NCBI GenBank assembly: GCA_050298595.1
Contig: JBNKUM010000085.1
Location: 83,971-147,970, forward strand
From: Gammaproteobacteria bacterium
Lineage (GTDB): Bacteria; Pseudomonadota; Gammaproteobacteria; GCA-001735895
DNA: 64,000 nt
Reading direction: 5' to 3'
Within the stretch, counting starts at the first letter, position 1. Every line of letters begins with the position of its first letter. Below are positions 61,351 to 64,000 of the stretch, in pieces. The translations under genes and the position numbers were made by a program. The notes beneath the pieces are model-generated. The model made no database searches, had not been told where the DNA came from, and saw nothing but the letters and a program-made list of their open reading frames with translations.

Positions 61351-61614
61351 AATACCACCAAAGGAGGATGGAGGAGTTATGCTGGGGAGGCCAAAGGGCG
61401 CCTCCTGATTCAGCATATAAGGATTATCTAATGCAGATACCTTATTGTCAACCTGGACACTCCCTCATTTGCGCCTACCAGCCCACAGTTAACAAATGTT
61501 TTACTTATATCGATAACAATTCATAACCTCAAACACTTTCGCTCTACTGCGACTTACACTTCCACCCAACCGGATGGACATCCTTAATTCTATAAGTTAA
61601 GCATAGAGCCCACT

Positions 61615-62043
61615 TTATTCAGCTGCCCCACTTTGGCGAATCTCAAAATCATGGGTAATGACTGCAGTTTTGCCCAGCATCACAGAAGCAGAGCAATATT
61701 TCTCGGCAGAAAGGTTTATTGCCTTTTCCACCTTGCTTGCATCCAGGTTGTTTCCAGTGACCACAAAGTGCATATGAATCTTTGTGAAAACCTTCGGCTC
61801 CACATCTGCGCGCTCATATTCTAGTTCAAGCTCGCAATTCTCCACCTGCTGCCTGGATTTTTTCAGGATCAAAATAACATCAAAGGAGCTACACCCGCCT
61901 AAGCCCAGTATCAACATTTCCATTGGCCGAATCCCAAGATTGCGCCCACCAAACTCGGGGGGGCCATCCATCACTACCGCATGACCACTCGCCGATTCCC
62001 CGACAAATGTCATGTTATCTAGCCACTTTACTTTTGATTTCAT
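61615..62043 (-). CDS. OsmC/Ohr-family peroxiredoxin-like protein
   Basis: 142 aa, ...LILGLGGCSSFDVILILKK...KYCSASVMLGK... two conserved Cys typical of the OsmC family. Confidence 0.8.
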   Translation of the reverse strand: MKSKVKWLDNMTFVGESASGHAVVMDGPPEFGGRNLGIRPMEMLILGLGGCSSFDVILILKKSRQQVENCELELEYERADVEPKVFTKIHMHFVVTGNNLDASKVEKAINLSAEKYCSASVMLGKTAVITHDFEIRQSGAAE

Positions 62044-62094
62044 TAATCTCGCCTATTCTCGTCTTGTTAAACAACTGAATTATGGTATGTTATC

Positions 62095-62775
62095 GTGAAT
62101 TTAGAATTTATAAAAAAAGGAACTGTTGTGAGCTTAGAGCCTATCCAAAAAATACCACCGACAGAAAACCCCGCCCTGGACAGTTTTCTTAAACATTGCC
62201 ACCGCAAAACTCTGCCCGCTCGACAAACAATCATCCATGCTCGCGATGAATCGCATACATTGTATTACATTATCGATGGCTCGGTTAGCGTGGTCATCGA
62301 GGATGAAGACTGCAACGAAATTGTGCTGGCTTATCTAAACTCGGGTGACTTTTTTGGAGAAATGGGACTTTTTGAAGAAAACCTGAAACGCAGCGCCTGG
62401 GTCATCACCCGAACTCAATGTGAAATTGCTGAAATTCATTACAATCAGTTCATGCAACTAGCCAGAGACACCCCTGAAATTCTGTTCCAACTATCTGCTC
62501 AGCTTGCCGCCCGATTACGCAATACCAGTCGCAAGGTCAGCAACCTGGCGTTTATGGATGTGACAGGTCGTGTAGCAAGAACTTTACTTGATCTGGCCAA
62601 ACAGCCAGACGCTATGACCCATCCTGACGGCATGCAAATCAAGGTTACACGTCAGGAAATTGCAAAGATTGTGGGTTGTTCAAGAGAAATGGCTGGCCGT
62701 GTGATCAAGACACTGGAAGAGGACAACCTGATCTCTGCTCATGGTAAAACTATAGTAGTTTTTGGTACTCGCTAA
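62095..62775 (+). CDS. crp: cAMP receptor protein CRP (Vfr-like global regulator)
   Basis: Near-identity to E. coli CRP across the cNMP-binding domain and HTH ([41 protein letters not shown]). The N-terminus is about 15 aa longer than E. coli CRP, so the true start may be internal. Confidence 0.9.
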   Translation: MNLEFIKKGTVVSLEPIQKIPPTENPALDSFLKHCHRKTLPARQTIIHARDESHTLYYIIDGSVSVVIEDEDCNEIVLAYLNSGDFFGEMGLFEENLKRSAWVITRTQCEIAEIHYNQFMQLARDTPEILFQLSAQLAARLRNTSRKVSNLAFMDVTGRVARTLLDLAKQPDAMTHPDGMQIKVTRQEIAKIVGCSREMAGRVIKTLEEDNLISAHGKTIVVFGTR

Positions 62776-62790
62776 CGCAATAAGCGCCTT

Positions 62791-63594
62791 CTAAACAGAG
62801 AATATTGCAGCCAGTTCGCTTCCAGGATCTGGCGCTCGCATAAAAGCTTCACCTACTAGAAAAGCATTCACCTGATGACTTCGCATCAAAGCGACATCTG
62901 CTTGACTATGAATTCCACTCTCAGTAACCACAAAACAATTGTCAGGCACCATACTTAGCATATTGATCGTAGTCTGCAAACTGGTTTCGAAGGTTCGTAG
63001 ATTTCGATTATTGATGCCAACCATAGGTAGATCAATCCGCAAGGCCCGTTCCATTTCCGCCTCATCGTGTACCTCAACCAGTACATCCAGTGATAGCTCT
63101 TGCGCGCACTGATAAAGATCCAGTAATTGAGGCTGATCTAACGCTGCAACAATCAACAGGATACAGTCTGCCTCTAATGCACGCGCCTCATGTATCTGAT
63201 AGGTATCGATGATAAAGTCCTTGCGAATAACCGGTAGAGAACAGGCTGCACGTGCCTGCTGCAGGTATGCATCACTACCCTGGAAAAAATCCACATCGGT
63301 TAATACTGAAAGGCAGGCAGCCCCACCTTGCTGGTAGGACCTGGCTATCTCTGGCGGATTAAAGTCTGGCCGAATGACACCTTTACTGGGTGAGGCCTTT
63401 TTAATTTCCGCAATTACCGCTGACTGATTGCTGGAAATTTTATTTTGAAGCGCATTGACAAAACCTCGCACTGTTGAAGCCTGCTGAATGCGTTGCTGTA
63501 ACTCATTTATCGAGGTTTGAGATTGACGCTGAGTTATTTCCTCGACCTTACGTGCGAGAATTTTAGTGAGGATATTAGACACTGGTTTGCTCAA
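62791..63594 (-). CDS. trpC: Indole-3-glycerol phosphate synthase
   Basis: ILTKILARK...[16 protein letters not shown]...(beta/alpha)8 IGPS motifs. Confidence 0.9.
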   Translation of the reverse strand: MSKPVSNILTKILARKVEEITQRQSQTSINELQQRIQQASTVRGFVNALQNKISSNQSAVIAEIKKASPSKGVIRPDFNPPEIARSYQQGGAACLSVLTDVDFFQGSDAYLQQARAACSLPVIRKDFIIDTYQIHEARALEADCILLIVAALDQPQLLDLYQCAQELSLDVLVEVHDEAEMERALRIDLPMVGINNRNLRTFETSLQTTINMLSMVPDNCFVVTESGIHSQADVALMRSHQVNAFLVGEAFMRAPDPGSELAAIFSV

Positions 63595-64000
63595 TCAGCT
63601 TCTTAAGAACTTCGGAAGCGGATCCATCATCTATAACTTTAGCCGCCATTTCGACGCCCTGATGGTGCGAATCTGCAAGCCCGGAAACATAGATAGCAGC
63701 CCCTGCATTGAGGCAAACAATATCTCGTGCCGGCCCGGGCTGCTTATCAAATACCGAGTGAATCATCGCCAGGCTTTGCTCAACACCATCGACTCGAATG
63801 CCTTCGATATCGGCTATTTGCATACCAAAATCCTGTGGAGAAATAGTATAGGTACTAACAACACCATCCTTCAGCTCGGCAACTTGAGTAGTAGTTGAAA
63901 TACTGATTTCATCCATCCCATCATCGGCATGCACCACCATCACATGACGGCTACCTAACTGCTTGAGTACCTGCGCCATGGTTTCTACCAGCTCGGCATC
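63575..64000 (-). CDS. trpD: Anthranilate phosphoribosyltransferase (C-terminal part; gene continues beyond window end)
   Basis: ...[28 protein letters not shown], TrpD C-terminus. ORF is open to the window edge. Confidence 0.8.
   Translation of the reverse strand, partial: DAELVETMAQVLKQLGSRHVMVVHADDGMDEISISTTTQVAELKDGVVSTYTISPQDFGMQIADIEGIRVDGVEQSLAMIHSVFDKQPGPARDIVCLNAGAAIYVSGLADSHHQGVEMAAKVIDDGSASEVLKKLIEQTSV

Noticed and set aside
61317-61526. 69-aa ORF in the osmC downstream region
   Set aside because: Overlaps the predicted hairpins and terminator. Gly/Pro/Arg-rich translation typical of a non-coding GC stretch.
1-64000. CRISPR arrays, rRNA or tRNA genes
   Set aside because: No regularly spaced direct repeats and no tRNA-like cloverleaf or rRNA-like conserved segments were seen in any intergenic region.

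Overview
Single contig-like stretch of a gammaproteobacterial chromosome. GC looks to be in the mid-40s % by eye, and gene orders are E. coli/Pseudomonas-like. Most of the window is well-conserved housekeeping synteny: rpsT<>murJ, ribF-ileS-lspA-fkpB-ispH, lptD-surA-pdxA-rsmA plus folA, apaH-apaG-thyA-lgt-dgkA, ygfB-pepP divergent from zapA-ssrS(6S RNA)-ygfA, ilvA<>rpiA, rplM-rpsI, osmC, crp, and trpC-trpD. Transport and regulation genes include a DctB/DctD-like sigma-54 two-component pair, a RegB/RegA-type redox two-component system, a TRAP dctPQM operon with a sigma-54 promoter, and a collinear znuA-znuC-znuB operon. There is also a RimK / zinc-protease / M14-deacylase triad. Accessory or unusual content: (i) a two-partner secretion operon tpsB / tandem-FecR protein / tpsA (about 1288 aa TPS-domain exoprotein), followed by a pair of highly divergent glycine-dehydrogenase (GcvPA/GcvPB)-like proteins that appear to have lost catalytic motifs; (ii) a GAF / FecR-domain / ComFB-like operon convergent with a stand-alone FHA-domain gene; (iii) a secreted His-rich basic mini-protein next to a secreted acidic protein with a C-terminal hydrophobic-plus-basic tail; (iv) a single IS200/RAYT-type (Y1) transposase gene; (v) an SNF2-family helicase split by a frameshift immediately upstream of a non-canonical RecQ-family helicase. 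No rRNA, tRNA or CRISPR array was recognised.
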